Positions 51,872-63,542 are shown, counted from the first letter of the stretch. The stretch is DNA of 64,000 bases from an uncultured cyanobacterium (GCA_963744145.1 CAVUSO010000001.1:6272001-6336000), one strand, 5' to 3'. Numbers and translations: made by a program. Notes: generated by a model from the letters alone, not told the origin.

Positions 51872-54800
51872 TTAATTACCTTCAATTACTGCTTCTGCTG
51901 CAAGAGCGATCGCTCGTAATTTATCTAACATTAGATGATCCACTTCTTCCCACAAACCACGCTGATGCGCTTCTAATAATCTTTCCGCAATATCTCGTAA
52001 AGCCCAAGGATTTTTTTCCTGAATGAATTGCTGTACAGTTGAGTCAAGTAAGTAAGCTTGTGCTATTCCTGTATACATAAAATCCTCTACACAACTAGTA
52101 GTAGCATCATAAGCAAATAAATAATCTACTGTTGCGGACATTTCAAAAGCTCCTTTATAACCATGACGCATTACTCCAGCAATCCATTTGGGATTAATCA
52201 CTCGACTCCGATATACTTTAGCTATTTCTTCTTTTAAATGACGAATTTTTGGATTACTAGGGAGGGAATTATCTCCAAAATAAATTTCTGGATTTTGACC
52301 ACTAATCGCTCTGACTGCTACCGTTAAACCACCCTGAAATTGATAATAGTCATCCGAATCAAGTAAATCATGTTCACGGTTATCCTGATTATGGAGAACA
52401 ACTTGCAGATCTTTTAAACGTTGGATAAATGCTTCGGGAGCTGATACTCCATCCTCTCCGACTCTGGTAGATGTATAAGCATAAGAACTCCAGTTAATAT
52501 AAGCGCGAGCTAAATCTTGCTCATCAGTCCAATTTTGTGCTTCAATTAAACCCTGCAATCCCGCTCCATAAGCACCTGGTTTAGAACCAAAAATCCGATA
52601 ACTCGATCGCATCTGCGCTTGTTCTGGTGTTAATCCTGCATTCTCCCACATTTTCCGTTCTTGTTTTACCTTTGCAGCTAAAGGATTTTCCTCGATCGGT
52701 TCATCTAATTCAGCTACTACTCTGACCGCGCGATCGAATAAATCGATTAAATTCGCAAAAGCGTCTCGGAAAAAACCAGAAATTCGCAAAGTGACATCTA
52801 TTCTTGGACGTCCTAAAGCAGAGAGAGCGATAATTTCTAGATCGATCACCCTTCTCGATGGTCCGATCCCAAACTGGTTGTACTCCCAACAATGCGATCG
52901 CTTCCGCAATATCATCACCCCCAGTTCTCATGGTGGAAGTTCCCCACACTGATAACCCGACTGTTTTTGGATATTCTCCATGTTCTTGGACGTAACGTTC
53001 AATCAAATTCTCTGCTGCAATTTTACCTACACTCCAAGCAGTTTCCGTCGGTATTGCCCGAATATCAACTGAATAAAAATTAACACCTGTCGGTAAAACA
53101 TCTGGACGACCCCGGGTTGGGGCTCCAGCGGGACCACTAGGGACATAATCACCATTTAATCCGCGTAAAAGATTAACTATTTCTTGATTAGTTTGTTGTA
53201 GTGCTGGAAGTAAGCGATCGCTAATCCACTGTAATTCCCGTTGAGTGTGAATATATTGGTGTATATTAATACTTGGTAATGATTGGTGGATTAACTCTTC
53301 TACTAATTCAGCCGCTTTTTCTTCTAAAACTGCAATTACATCACTAATTCGCGTCCAAGATTGGTCAAAAATAGTAATTGGGGAGCTAGTTAACGTGAGA
53401 TCAACTGTCAACGGATCGAAATCTAACCCTAAGTCTTGAGCTAAAGCACGAGTAATTCCCAAACGTTCCTTTCCAGGATGACGCGCGATCGCGACAATTA
53501 AATCTCGAAGCTGACGACCCTGGGGACATTGACCAAAAATATGCAATCCATCCCGAATTTGTGCTTCTTTCAATTCACACAAATAAGCATCAAGTCGATT
53601 TTCAAGTAGGGATTTGTGATGGTTAACTTCTGCTAGCTTAATCCCTAAATCTTGATCGAGTTTTTCTTGAATCACTAATTGCACAATCCGTTCACGAATT
53701 AAGGGTAATCGGGATGGATCTAAACTTTCAGCTTGATAGTATTCATCCATCAGACTTTCTAACTGTTGTAACGGTCCATACAACTCAGCTCGAGTCATGG
53801 GAGGAGTTAAGTGATCAATAATAACTGCGTTAGCTCGTCGTTTTGCTTGAGATCCTTCTCCTGGATCATTAACAATAAAGGGATAAAAATGAGGTAAACA
53901 ACCATGAGCTACTTCCGGATAACATTGAGCGGATAAAGCTACACTTTTACCAGGGAGCCATTCTAAATTTCCATGTTTACCTAAATGGACAATTGCATGA
54001 GCGCCAAAATTTTCTCTAATCCAATCATAAAAAGCTAAATAAGCATGGGGAGGTTCTAAATCAGGAGCATGATAATTTAAACTCGGATCAAGATCATAAC
54101 CTCGACTTGGTTGAATCCCGACAAATATATTACCTAATTGGATACCCGCGATCGGAAATTTTTCCTGTTCCTGTGGTAAAGACCAGCGATCGCTAATTCC
54201 CGTTTGGACTGCCATGGGTAAAGTGGCAAAATAGGTTTGATATTCTGTTAAAGTAAGATATTGCCGGACCGATCGCAACTCTTTCCCTTCTGGATCATTA
54301 GTTACTCCAGAGGTTAAATCTTTAATTAACTCATCTCCGGAATTAGGTATATGATCAATGTCATAACCATTTACCCGTAATGCTTGCAGAATTTCGATAC
54401 AACTAGCAGGAGTATCTAACCCAACTCCATTAGCTAAACGTCCATCACGACAGGGATAATTAGCTAAAATTAGGGCAATTTTTCGGTTACTTGGTGAGGT
54501 TAAACGCAATCGGACCCAGTTAGCTGCTAAATCTGCAACAAAATTAATCCGCTCTAAGTGGGGAACATAACCTACCACATTAGTTTGCAATACTGGATGC
54601 CAATTTTGGACAGCTTTAAAAGAAACTGCTCGACTAATAATATTCCCATCGACTTCTGGAAGTGCGATATTAATCGCTAGATCACGAGGAGAAAGTCCGT
54701 GAACACCTGACTCCCACTGGAATAAGGTTTCACTACTAAAAATTACTTGTAGTGTCGGGATATTGAGTCGGGAAAATAGGGGAGGAGCGGAAACTAATTT

Positions 54801-55652
54801 TTTTCCCCGATCATTTACTCCGAGATGATCGTGATGCAAATTTCCACTGATGGAAAAACTTGTGGTATTCAGTAATAGCTGAATCGGAGTCGAATCGGTT
54901 GGTTGGAAATATTGAGCAAGTTCAGCTTGGATCTCTGGAGTCCGTAACGAAGAGACAAAGACGGGAATCGGTTGTAATTTTCGGGTGAGCAACTCTTGAC
55001 AAAGTGCATCAATCGGCGCTAGGTTGCCTGCTAAATAGTGAGCGCGATAAAAGATAATTCCGACTTTAGGATATAATAAATGGGTAGGAATGGCTTGATT
55101 CGGCCCAGAATAAAGCCCAAACTGAGGAATTGGTTGGGGATGTGGAGGATGATAGGATTCGCGATCGCAAACATCAGCGACAAATTTTAGAGCATTGAGG
55201 AAATTATCTTTACCACCTTCGGCAAAATAGCGCCAAATTTGGTTAACTATGGGTAGGGAAACTGTGGAGTGACTAATTAAATCGGGATCTGGGTGATCAT
55301 CTCCGGGAATCACAATTAAAGCAGCACCGGTGGTTTGGACTGTCTCTTTTACTACTTCTAAACCATAGGACCAGTAAGATCGACCACCGAGCAATCGCAA
55401 AATAATAATCCTTGCTTGAGCTAAAACTGATTCAGCATAATGATCAATGCTTAATTGTTGTTGTAGCTGTAGAATATTCACAGCTCGCAGATTCCTTAAA
55501 GATTCTGGTAAATGGGGGATTACCGTAGCTAGGGTTTGAATATCTGTATCCGCAGCTGTCAGAAAGATCAGAGGAGCTGGAGTTTGGTTAATGAAAATTA
55601 TTCCTTCTGCTGGGAGATTCTCTGTCCCAGCTGCGATCGCGAAACGATGCAT
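51872..55652 (-). CDS. cobN: Cobaltochelatase subunit CobN with an apparent frameshift at about 52865
   Basis: GKHGNLEWLPGK, LPTGVNFYS, HNQDNREHDLLDSDDYYQF, NPKWI. One extra base splits VQPVWD|GPSRRV. Confidence 0.93.
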
Positions 55653-56033
55653 GATCTTGTCCTTTTGGGGTGATCCCACCAGCTAATAACATATAGTCCC
55701 AATTCTAAATGTAATTTGATTTACCAAAGTAATTATGTTTTCTTAAACTTTTACTTACCGCTACAGATGTTAACGTCGATGTATAGATAATTCTAAATTT
55801 GGAACCTTGTCTATTTCAGGAGGATCTCAAGTCCGGGTTTAGGGTGTGATCATCTAGATTACTAGCTAAACACAAACATCTGATTGGTAAAGCCCCATCT
55901 TACCATAAGAGAAATATTTCCCTTATGCGTCTGTTTGGCTCTATTTGACCAAATGTTTAGTGTCCAGGGGTCTGGTCTTTTCCTATCCCCAGGAAAATGC
56001 TCAGTAACTGAAATCCACTTTAACCCATGGCTA

Positions 56034-56117
56034 AGGAATAGAAATTAAGTAATTTGCTTGTTTGTAGTAAGCGCTCTCATCGCTTACTACAAACAATCAT
56101 CATTTATTTTTTATTCC
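56034..56117. repeat. REP-like hairpin within degenerate MITE-like ends
   Basis: TTGTTTGTAGTAAGCG-CTCTCAT-CGCTTACTACAAACAA (56058-56096), flanked by AGGAATAGAAATTAA / TTTATTTTTATTCCT. Confidence 0.65.
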
Positions 56118-56172
56118 TACGTTTCCTACCTCATCATAGTTTTGGTATAGTTTTAGAAAGTAATTTGATTAA

Positions 56173-58614
56173 ATGTCCGCTGTTGAACCATCACTGATCC
56201 GTCGGATTTTGTCCTTAGAGATTTTTGAACAGTTGCAGCAACTGTTACAGCAGATTGCCAAAAAATCAGAGTCGATAATTATCACCGAAAAAATATTTGC
56301 TCTGGTTGAATTTCCCCAGGAATATCAGTCAGAACGTTTCACTATTTTGGTATCAGACGGTTTTAGTGTGATCCTGTCAGGATGCTCGCTTGATCAAGGT
56401 AAGCAAACAGAAGAAAAACTTAACCAGCTCTATGTTCAAGAAGAAATAAATCAGGTAGATCATCAACCAGCTCAACCAAATTTCACCTCTGGGACTGATT
56501 TATTAGTAGGATTAAGTTTTGATTGTGGAGTAATTGCAACTGAAATCAAAAAACTTAACAATATTTTAATTAATTTTCCTCCAGTTCAAGCAATTTTGGC
56601 AAAAGCAAATCTAATGCTCACACCTAACAATGCCACAATTCAGGCTGAATTTACTCTTTCCCTGATTAAAATTCTCAGTGATTACCGGAATCCAACTATG
56701 CAACCTAACATCATTGAAACTCCGACTTTGGTTTATCAATCGATTGAAGATACTTTACGTCAGCAAGTAGAACAGGAACGATTGCTCAATCAAGTTACTA
56801 CGCAAATCCGTCAAAGTCTAGAATTACCAGTTATTTTAGAAACAGCAGTGCAACAAGTACGAAGTTTTCTCCAAGTAGACAGATTGCTGATTTATCAATT
56901 AAATGCACCTCCGATTGTGACTGATCAACAAGTTGATTGGCAAACATCACTCTCAAATTCCGAATTTTTTACTAATTTTAAATCAGCTTTTTGTGGGATT
57001 TCTCAGCCAAAATTAGATCGGATTACCTATGAAGCTAGAGCTAATGATACTATTATCTCTGTGCTGAATTTAGTCGAAGATGAACAGTGTTTTCTGAAAA
57101 TTCCTAATGGTCGAGAAAAATATTCTCAAGGTTTAACTGTAGCGATAGAAGATGTAGATATTGCTTACTCTTTCTCACCTTGTTTGCTAGAAGTATTGCA
57201 AAGAAATCAGGTAAAAGCTAAGTTAATTGTCCCGATAATTGTGACCGGAAAACTCTGGGGAATGCTAATTGCTCACCAATGTTTTACTGCTCGTCAATGG
57301 GAAGATAATGAGAAAAAGTTTTTACAACAGATCGCTGCTCATTTAGCTGTTGCGATTCATCAAGCTGAATTATATGCTCAGTTACAACAACAAAAAGAAA
57401 CCTTAGAACAGCGCGTCATAGAACGTACCCAAGACTTACATGATGCTCTCTTAGCAGCTCAAGCTGCTAATCTGGTTAAGAATGAATTTTTAGCGACCAT
57501 GAGTCATGAATTACGGACTCCTCTAACTTGTGTAATTGGGATGTCTGCAACTCTATTACGCTGGTCATTTGGTCAGTTAAGTCAAAGACAGCGCAATTAT
57601 CTCCAAACAATTCATAATAGTGGTGCACATTTGCTGGAGTTAATTAATAATATCCTCGAACTGTCGCAAATGGAAGCAGGAAAAACGGTTTTAAAGATGG
57701 GTGAGTTTTCCCTTTCTAAGTTAGCAAGACAAAGTTTACAAACTTTCCAAGAAAAAGCGGCTGAGGCTGTGATAGAATTGGGAATAGAACTGCAAATTGA
57801 TCCGACTAAAGATCAGTTTTGGGCTGACCAACGTCGGGTGAAACAAATTCTATTTAATTTATTGAGTAATGGAATTAAATTTACTCCTGCTCATGGAAAA
57901 GTAACCCTCAGAGTTTGGGTCGAAAATAATTATGCAGTTTTTCAGGTTGAAGATACGGGAATTGGAATTCCAGAACAACAGCGATCGCTATTATTTCAAA
58001 AATTCCAACAGTTAGAGATGTCTTACCACCGCAAATATGAAGGAATGGGACTGGGTTTAGCACTGACTAAACAACTGGTAGAACTTCATAATGGTTGGAT
58101 TGAAGTGGACTCTACTGTTGATCTTGGTTCCACTTTTACGGTTTGGTTACCAAATCAATTAGCAGTTAACCCGATGATTACATCTGCTCCCACTGGAGCA
58201 TCTACCAATAGTAATTATAAAGGTAGTATTGTGTTAATTGAAGAAGATGAAGAAACAGCTTGGTTGGTTTGCGATTTACTCACAAGTGCTGGTTATCAAG
58301 TGGTGTGGATGGTGGAAGGTTCAACTGCTTTAAAACAAATTAGACTATTAAAACCTAATCTCGCGATCGCGAGTATGAACTTACCTGAATATGAAGGGGA
58401 TAAGCTAATTCGTCAGTTATCTTTAACTACCCCAAATTTAAAAATTCTGGTCTTAACTAATAATTCTACCCCAGCGGAAATTGCTGTTTATCAATCTGCT
58501 GGAGCTGATGATTATTTAATTCAACCAGTTGAACCAGAAGATTTATTAGACAAAATTACTAACTTAATTGAAGATCGAGCTTATGACCTTGGTTATTTTA
58601 ATGAACAAAATTGA
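56173..58614 (+). CDS. cikA: Circadian input kinase CikA (GAF, histidine kinase, pseudo-receiver)
   Basis: QIRQSLELPVIL GAF, MSHELRTPLTCVIGMSATLLRW. The receiver lacks the phospho-Asp (LAIASMNLP). Confidence 0.88.
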   Translation: MSAVEPSLIRRILSLEIFEQLQQLLQQIAKKSESIIITEKIFALVEFPQEYQSERFTILVSDGFSVILSGCSLDQGKQTEEKLNQLYVQEEINQVDHQPAQPNFTSGTDLLVGLSFDCGVIATEIKKLNNILINFPPVQAILAKANLMLTPNNATIQAEFTLSLIKILSDYRNPTMQPNIIETPTLVYQSIEDTLRQQVEQERLLNQVTTQIRQSLELPVILETAVQQVRSFLQVDRLLIYQLNAPPIVTDQQVDWQTSLSNSEFFTNFKSAFCGISQPKLDRITYEARANDTIISVLNLVEDEQCFLKIPNGREKYSQGLTVAIEDVDIAYSFSPCLLEVLQRNQVKAKLIVPIIVTGKLWGMLIAHQCFTARQWEDNEKKFLQQIAAHLAVAIHQAELYAQLQQQKETLEQRVIERTQDLHDALLAAQAANLVKNEFLATMSHELRTPLTCVIGMSATLLRWSFGQLSQRQRNYLQTIHNSGAHLLELINNILELSQMEAGKTVLKMGEFSLSKLARQSLQTFQEKAAEAVIELGIELQIDPTKDQFWADQRRVKQILFNLLSNGIKFTPAHGKVTLRVWVENNYAVFQVEDTGIGIPEQQRSLLFQKFQQLEMSYHRKYEGMGLGLALTKQLVELHNGWIEVDSTVDLGSTFTVWLPNQLAVNPMITSAPTGASTNSNYKGSIVLIEEDEETAWLVCDLLTSAGYQVVWMVEGSTALKQIRLLKPNLAIASMNLPEYEGDKLIRQLSLTTPNLKILVLTNNSTPAEIAVYQSAGADDYLIQPVEPEDLLDKITNLIEDRAYDLGYFNEQN

Positions 58615-58624
58615 GGAGTGAACC

Positions 58625-59326
58625 ATGAATAATAATTTTTCCCAACTTAGGTTATCTCTAGCTCAAGGTTTAATTGTTTCCTGTCAAGCACCAATCGATT
58701 CACCCTTACATCAACCAATCGTCATCTCAGCGATCGCAGCAGCAGCAATTAATCAAGGTGCTGTAGGTGTTCGGATTGATACCCCCGCTCATATTCAAGC
58801 AGTGCGATCGCAAATTACAGCACCAATAATTGGTTTATGGAAACAGCAAATACCTGGGTTTGAAGTCTATATTACTCCCCAGTTTCATCATGCTCAAGCG
58901 ATCGCGACAGCAGGAGCTGATATTATTGCGATCGATGCAACTTCCAGACCACGTCCAGAAGGGGAAACTGTATCTACTCTAATTCAGAGAATCCATGAAG
59001 AATTAGGTAAACCAGTCATGGCTGATGTTGATACTATAGAAGCAGCAATATTAGCTGAATCTGCTGGTGCAGAAATAGTTGGGACTACTCTCTATGGTTA
59101 TACTCCTCAAACTCACCATCTCACTCCTCCTGGGTTTGAGCTGGTGAGCCAAATGTCTGAGAAAAAAATTAGTGCTATAATTATTTGTGAAGGTGGAATT
59201 TCTTCTCCAGCAATGGCTCAACAAGCTCTCCGTTTAGGTGCTAATTCAGTAGTTGTTGGTACTGATATTACGGGGATAGATCATAAAGTCAAAACTTACT
59301 GTGCTGTTTTTCCTAATCAGGGTTAA
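58625..59326 (+). CDS. nanE: N-acetylmannosamine-6-phosphate 2-epimerase
   Basis: GLIVSCQA, PIIGLWK, YITP, GTTLYGYT. Confidence 0.93.
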   Translation: MNNNFSQLRLSLAQGLIVSCQAPIDSPLHQPIVISAIAAAAINQGAVGVRIDTPAHIQAVRSQITAPIIGLWKQQIPGFEVYITPQFHHAQAIATAGADIIAIDATSRPRPEGETVSTLIQRIHEELGKPVMADVDTIEAAILAESAGAEIVGTTLYGYTPQTHHLTPPGFELVSQMSEKKISAIIICEGGISSPAMAQQALRLGANSVVVGTDITGIDHKVKTYCAVFPNQG

Positions 59327-60189
59327 TTGGGGATGATTGGTGAACGACGTTTAAAAATTATCATTTCTGAACCAATTACGGGACTACGAGCTAAGAAATT
59401 TCCTTGTTGATCAGTAATTTCTACTTTACTGAAATCTAGTTCATTAGCTCGCTTTTGAATATCCTGTGCTAATTGGTTTTGACGAGATTCGCTCAGTTCA
59501 TACCATGTGTTAGCGATTTTAACCACTAACAGACTATCAGGAAAGTTAGCTTGAATTGAGTCAACTAAACCATCAGTATATTGTTTAGTAATTTCCCTAA
59601 CTTGATTTTGAATTGATGCAATCAAATTTTGTTCTGGGGTTAATTGGGGAACTGGAAGTGGTGTAGTTTCGATTGGTTGTTCTGGTAAGGGTAATTTTAC
59701 TTTTGGTGGAGTAGTTGGGGTTTCTGAGGGTGGAACTTCTGGTGGAGTAGTTGGGGTTTCTGAGGGTGGAACTTCTGGTGGAGTAGTTGGTATTTCTGAG
59801 GGTGGAACTTCTGGTGGAGTAGTTGGTATTTCTGGAGGTGGAACTTCTGGTGGAGTAGGAGTAGTTGGTATTTCTGGGGGTGGAACTTCTGGTTGAGTGG
59901 AAGTTATCGGGGGTCTGGGTAGTAATGTGACAATTTCGAGCAGCTTTTTGGGACTAATCAGAACGACCGTCGTCCCGATTAATAACACTAAAACTAACGC
60001 GATCGCTCCCTTTAAACTCCAATTTGGCTTTTTAACTGGAGCTGTTTCTAATTTGTTTACCCATACTTCTAAAATATTAATTATCGATCGCAATAAGTTA
60101 ATCACGATCGCTTTGGGTAAACTAGTAGATCCACTCTTGCTTGGTTGTGAGGTTGCTGGTTTTTCTGGTTCTGGTTGATTTGGTGACAT
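59323..60189 (-). CDS. Single-TM proline-rich hypothetical protein
   Basis: TM segment, PEVPPSETPTTP repeats, C-terminal LTPEQNLIA..ARSPVIGSEM. Confidence 0.8.
   Translation of the reverse strand: MSPNQPEPEKPATSQPSKSGSTSLPKAIVINLLRSIINILEVWVNKLETAPVKKPNWSLKGAIALVLVLLIGTTVVLISPKKLLEIVTLLPRPPITSTQPEVPPPEIPTTPTPPEVPPPEIPTTPPEVPPSEIPTTPPEVPPSETPTTPPEVPPSETPTTPPKVKLPLPEQPIETTPLPVPQLTPEQNLIASIQNQVREITKQYTDGLVDSIQANFPDSLLVVKIANTWYELSESRQNQLAQDIQKRANELDFSKVEITDQQGNFLARSPVIGSEMIIFKRRSPIIPN
59704..59893. repeat. 36-bp coding tandem repeat (about 5 units)
   Basis: Unit TGGTGGAGTAGTTGGGGTTTCTGAGGGTGGAACTTC. Confidence 0.85.
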
Positions 60190-60197
60190 GATTATTT

Positions 60198-61103
60198 CTA
60201 ACTTACCTGAACAACTCCTCGGTCAAAAATACGATGATCCGTACCGATTCCATTAATAATAATCCGGTTTTCATAGACTTCTAAAGCTGCAAAACTTAGT
60301 TGAGAAACTGCATATTCTGTCCAAGATGAATGTTCGACTGGTCGAGTACCTGCTCCTGCTCCACAAATTAGGTAAGTTGTCCCATTAATTGCTCGCGATC
60401 GCTCATAATGATGGTCGTGACCATTGATATAAAGTTGAACTTGATATTTTTTAAACAAAGGTGTGAGAGTTTGAATAAACGGTTGATTGACTCCGTAAAT
60501 ACCAGAGGAGTAAATCTGATGATGACCAAAGACAATTTTCCACAATGCTTGACTTTGAGATAGTTCTTTTTCTAACCAGACTAATTGATTATCCCAGTCA
60601 GCGTTACCGTTAGTATCTAAAGCAAAAAATTGGACTTTTCCACGCTTAAATGTATAGTAGCGTCCCCCCATATTAAAACCTGGATAACTAACTTGTAAGT
60701 CACCGTTAGCTGTGCGAATATCGTGATTACCTAAAACAGCCTGAAATTTTACCCCTTTTTTCAACAAAGATTGATAAGGTTGCTCAAATACTGCGTCAAT
60801 TTTTTCGATTTCACCATTAGTGTAGATATTATCCCCTGCTAGCAGAGCTAAATCAAAAGGATTTTTTTGATGATATTGGGTAATCGCTTCCGCAACTGCG
60901 TATTGTCCCGCATCCCCTGTACCTGTATCTGCGACAGAAATAAAGCGTAAAAGAGGGGCTGTTGATGCTAAGTTGGGAGGATGAGTAGGTTTTGACTTTA
61001 GCTCTGCTGGACTGGAACTTTGATGACCGAATTGTTTAATTGCACCAAACCCAAGACCAAATAAGCTCGCTAAAAGTAAAAAATGACGACGTTTAATACC
61101 CAT
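60198..61103 (-). CDS. Metallophosphoesterase (purple acid phosphatase-like) with a Tat signal
   Basis: KRRHFL; ADTG, GDNIY, GNHD, GHDH. Confidence 0.9.
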   Translation of the reverse strand: MGIKRRHFLLLASLFGLGFGAIKQFGHQSSSPAELKSKPTHPPNLASTAPLLRFISVADTGTGDAGQYAVAEAITQYHQKNPFDLALLAGDNIYTNGEIEKIDAVFEQPYQSLLKKGVKFQAVLGNHDIRTANGDLQVSYPGFNMGGRYYTFKRGKVQFFALDTNGNADWDNQLVWLEKELSQSQALWKIVFGHHQIYSSGIYGVNQPFIQTLTPLFKKYQVQLYINGHDHHYERSRAINGTTYLICGAGAGTRPVEHSSWTEYAVSQLSFAALEVYENRIIINGIGTDHRIFDRGVVQVS

Positions 61104-61163
61104 AAGTAGAAAGCTCTAACATAAAATTATATTTTCTCATCAAATGGTTCAGATCCCACCAAG

Positions 61164-61349
61164 AGGGGAGCAAGAATGACCTCTCCCCCAACCCCTCGAC
61201 CCAAAGGAAAGGGGAGCAAGGATCACCTCTCCCCCAACCCCTCGACCCAAAGGAAAGGGGAGCAGAATAAATCCCCTAAATCTCCCATCAATTTAACCAT
61301 CTTTCTTACTCCCTATCCCTAGTAGGGAAGGGGGTTGGGGGGTTAGGTC
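61164..61349. repeat. Tandem 46-nt-period repeat with an inverted partial copy
   Basis: ACCTCTCCCCCAACCCCTCGACCCAAAGGAAAGGGGAGCA twice (61179, 61225) and GGGGGTTGGGGGGTTAGGT at about 61330-61348. Confidence 0.8.
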
Positions 61350-61357
61350 GGATTGCT

Positions 61358-62011
61358 TTATTTTCCACCTTCAACTATTACCGCATTTTCCGTGCGATCT
61401 TTTAACTCAATAGCATCAATATTGGGAATAGCACTTTCAAAGGGGTTTTTACTAAAGACTTTAAAGCCAATTTCTGACATTTTTCTAATTAGAGTTTCTG
61501 TATCATACATACATCTATGGGGAAAATTCGTCAAATATGCTAATCCTTTTTTGATTGGATTAGTCAAATCATGTCTTTCCTCAATTACTCCTAAAACATC
61601 AACAAAGTCATCAGCAGCAATACTTCCATTCAGATAGTCGGACACCACAGATTTTAAATCTGGCACAACTATTCTAATCACTCCATCTGATTTCAATACT
61701 CGATAGCATTCTTTTAAAAAATTAAGCCCATCTGGTTTATTCAAATGTTCTAAAGTATGGGAACTATAAATAATATCAATTGTTTCATCTTCCCAAGGAA
61801 ATTTCTTCCTGAGATCATGAAGAAATATATCTTCACTCCAGTCAATATTAAAAAACTTGAATTTTTTATTAATTGCTGGAAAAAATGGTACTTTAGAAAG
61901 TCTCGAACCTAAAGAATAATCGACGTTAATCCATTCTTCTATCACAACGCTCCCTGAACCTAAATTAACTTTAACAGGTTTCGTTGGCAAGCTATTTTTA
62001 GCATCTGACAT
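61358..62011 (-). CDS. SAM-dependent methyltransferase (type 11-like)
   Basis: VNLGSG, IYSSHTLEHL, ECYRVLKSDGVIRIVVPD. Confidence 0.85.
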   Translation of the reverse strand: MSDAKNSLPTKPVKVNLGSGSVVIEEWINVDYSLGSRLSKVPFFPAINKKFKFFNIDWSEDIFLHDLRKKFPWEDETIDIIYSSHTLEHLNKPDGLNFLKECYRVLKSDGVIRIVVPDLKSVVSDYLNGSIAADDFVDVLGVIEERHDLTNPIKKGLAYLTNFPHRCMYDTETLIRKMSEIGFKVFSKNPFESAIPNIDAIELKDRTENAVIVEGGK

Positions 62012-62596
62012 ATTTTGTACTCTTGTTTGATAGGATAAGGTAAACTAGGTCAAAATTATTTTCGGAAAACTAAAATAACCCGAAAAAGTGACGCACTTTC
62101 TAATTAAAAAACTGTCCGATTCCATCATTAAATATGATAATGCACCTTCCTATTATCACTATACACAAGCATTGCCTATTGTAACAAAAATTTACATAAT
62201 CAATTTTTGTTACTAAAACCGTCCAATTTGTGACCATCTTGATTGGTGGAAGGACATCAATATCAATGATAGTAATGAGCCATCATCTGTTCCCTGCTTA
62301 ATCAAACAGATTAACAGAAAAGTTACCATCAGCCTGATGATCAAAGAGTTGGACACCGATTGGGCCAAATGTAGCCATGATTGACTCTGGATGAAGACCA
62401 AAAACTATCACCCGTATACCTTGTCCCTACTTATGTGTTAAGGTGCGATCGCACCATCAGTGTAAAGTCCCTGTTCTGCTCAAGGTGGAACTAAGACCGA
62501 TCGGGATGGTCAATGAGTAAATAATTTATTCCTAGTCAAGTGTTTGTCCATCATCTGGATAGAATTTTTTTTAGTCGTAAGGAGTCACGAGAACCA

Positions 62597-63430
62597 ATGG
62601 ATAGCCATCAAACTTCCCCTCTAGCAGCGCAAATTCTTAAGCTAGTTGGGATAATTATGATTATAGTTGCTTTACTGGATTATTTAATCATCTTATTGCC
62701 CACTAACTTCTCCAACCTAGCTTGGCAAATAACTGTAACAACTCAAATAGTTGAGCGGGGGGTGATCCCATTAATTGCCTTTGCTTTATTATTTACTGGA
62801 TTTTGGATCGACAGTTTAGCTGGAATTTTCGTAGAAAAACCTAAACCTTGGTTGAACGGTCGATTTTGGATTTTAATACTATCGATTGGATTCGGATTAA
62901 TGTTTCTAGTAATTTTGCCTTATCATTTGAATAATGTGCAGTTGAACAAAAACGAAACCTTAGCACAAATTGATCAGCAAGTCAACCAAAGCGATCAAGT
63001 TAAGGGGCAAGCTGAACAGCGTAAAGCTCAGATCAAAAGCCAGGTTTCAGAATTAGTAAAAGATGAAAAAAAGATGAATGAATATATTGATAGATTGAAC
63101 CAAATTAAGGATAGTGGTCAACTTAAAGGAGAGCAGCTAACGAGCTTAAAAAATGAACTAGAGTTAGTGAAAAAAGCTAAAGAAGATCCAAAAGGATTTG
63201 ATAAGTTTGTAGATCAAAAAATCGATGAATTGGAAAATCAGATGCAGAAAAAACTCAAAGATGATCAGCAAAAAGCTGAAGAACAAGCCAATTTGGGCTT
63301 ATGGAAATCGGCATTACAAACAGGTGCTAGCAGTTTAGCTCTATCAATTGGTTACAGTTTAATTGGTTGGTTGGGATTAAGAGAAATGTTTTCTCCGAAA
63401 TTAAGTCGTCGTCAAACATCTCTGCGTTAA
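62597..63430 (+). CDS. hpsJ: HpsJ-family membrane protein
   Basis: WQITVTTQIVERGVIPL, three N-terminal TM segments, coiled coil, C-terminal IGYSLIGW. The ORF is open to 62540. Confidence 0.7.
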   Translation: MDSHQTSPLAAQILKLVGIIMIIVALLDYLIILLPTNFSNLAWQITVTTQIVERGVIPLIAFALLFTGFWIDSLAGIFVEKPKPWLNGRFWILILSIGFGLMFLVILPYHLNNVQLNKNETLAQIDQQVNQSDQVKGQAEQRKAQIKSQVSELVKDEKKMNEYIDRLNQIKDSGQLKGEQLTSLKNELELVKKAKEDPKGFDKFVDQKIDELENQMQKKLKDDQQKAEEQANLGLWKSALQTGASSLALSIGYSLIGWLGLREMFSPKLSRRQTSLR

Positions 63431-63542
63431 GCTGATCCTGGGGGAGTCGAACTTTCGTCTCTCCTGACTTAGGAATTTCACCATCGGTTAGACTAGATCA
63501 TGTTCACATTTGCAGCCAGTTACAAGGAAAATAGGAAATCTC

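Noticed and set aside
51872..55679. cobN as two genuine genes
   Set aside because: Removing one base restores the conserved GVQPVWDG..RRV motif, and the junction peptides in both ORFs are out-of-frame sequence.
55711..55724. NtcA site GTA-N8-TAC between cobN and cikA
   Set aside because: Only the minimal core matches, in AT-rich DNA, and no supporting promoter geometry could be established.
61164..61349. Possible CRISPR array
   Set aside because: Only two 40-nt units with a 6-nt gap, no unique spacers and no cas genes. It fits ordinary cyanobacterial intergenic repeats.
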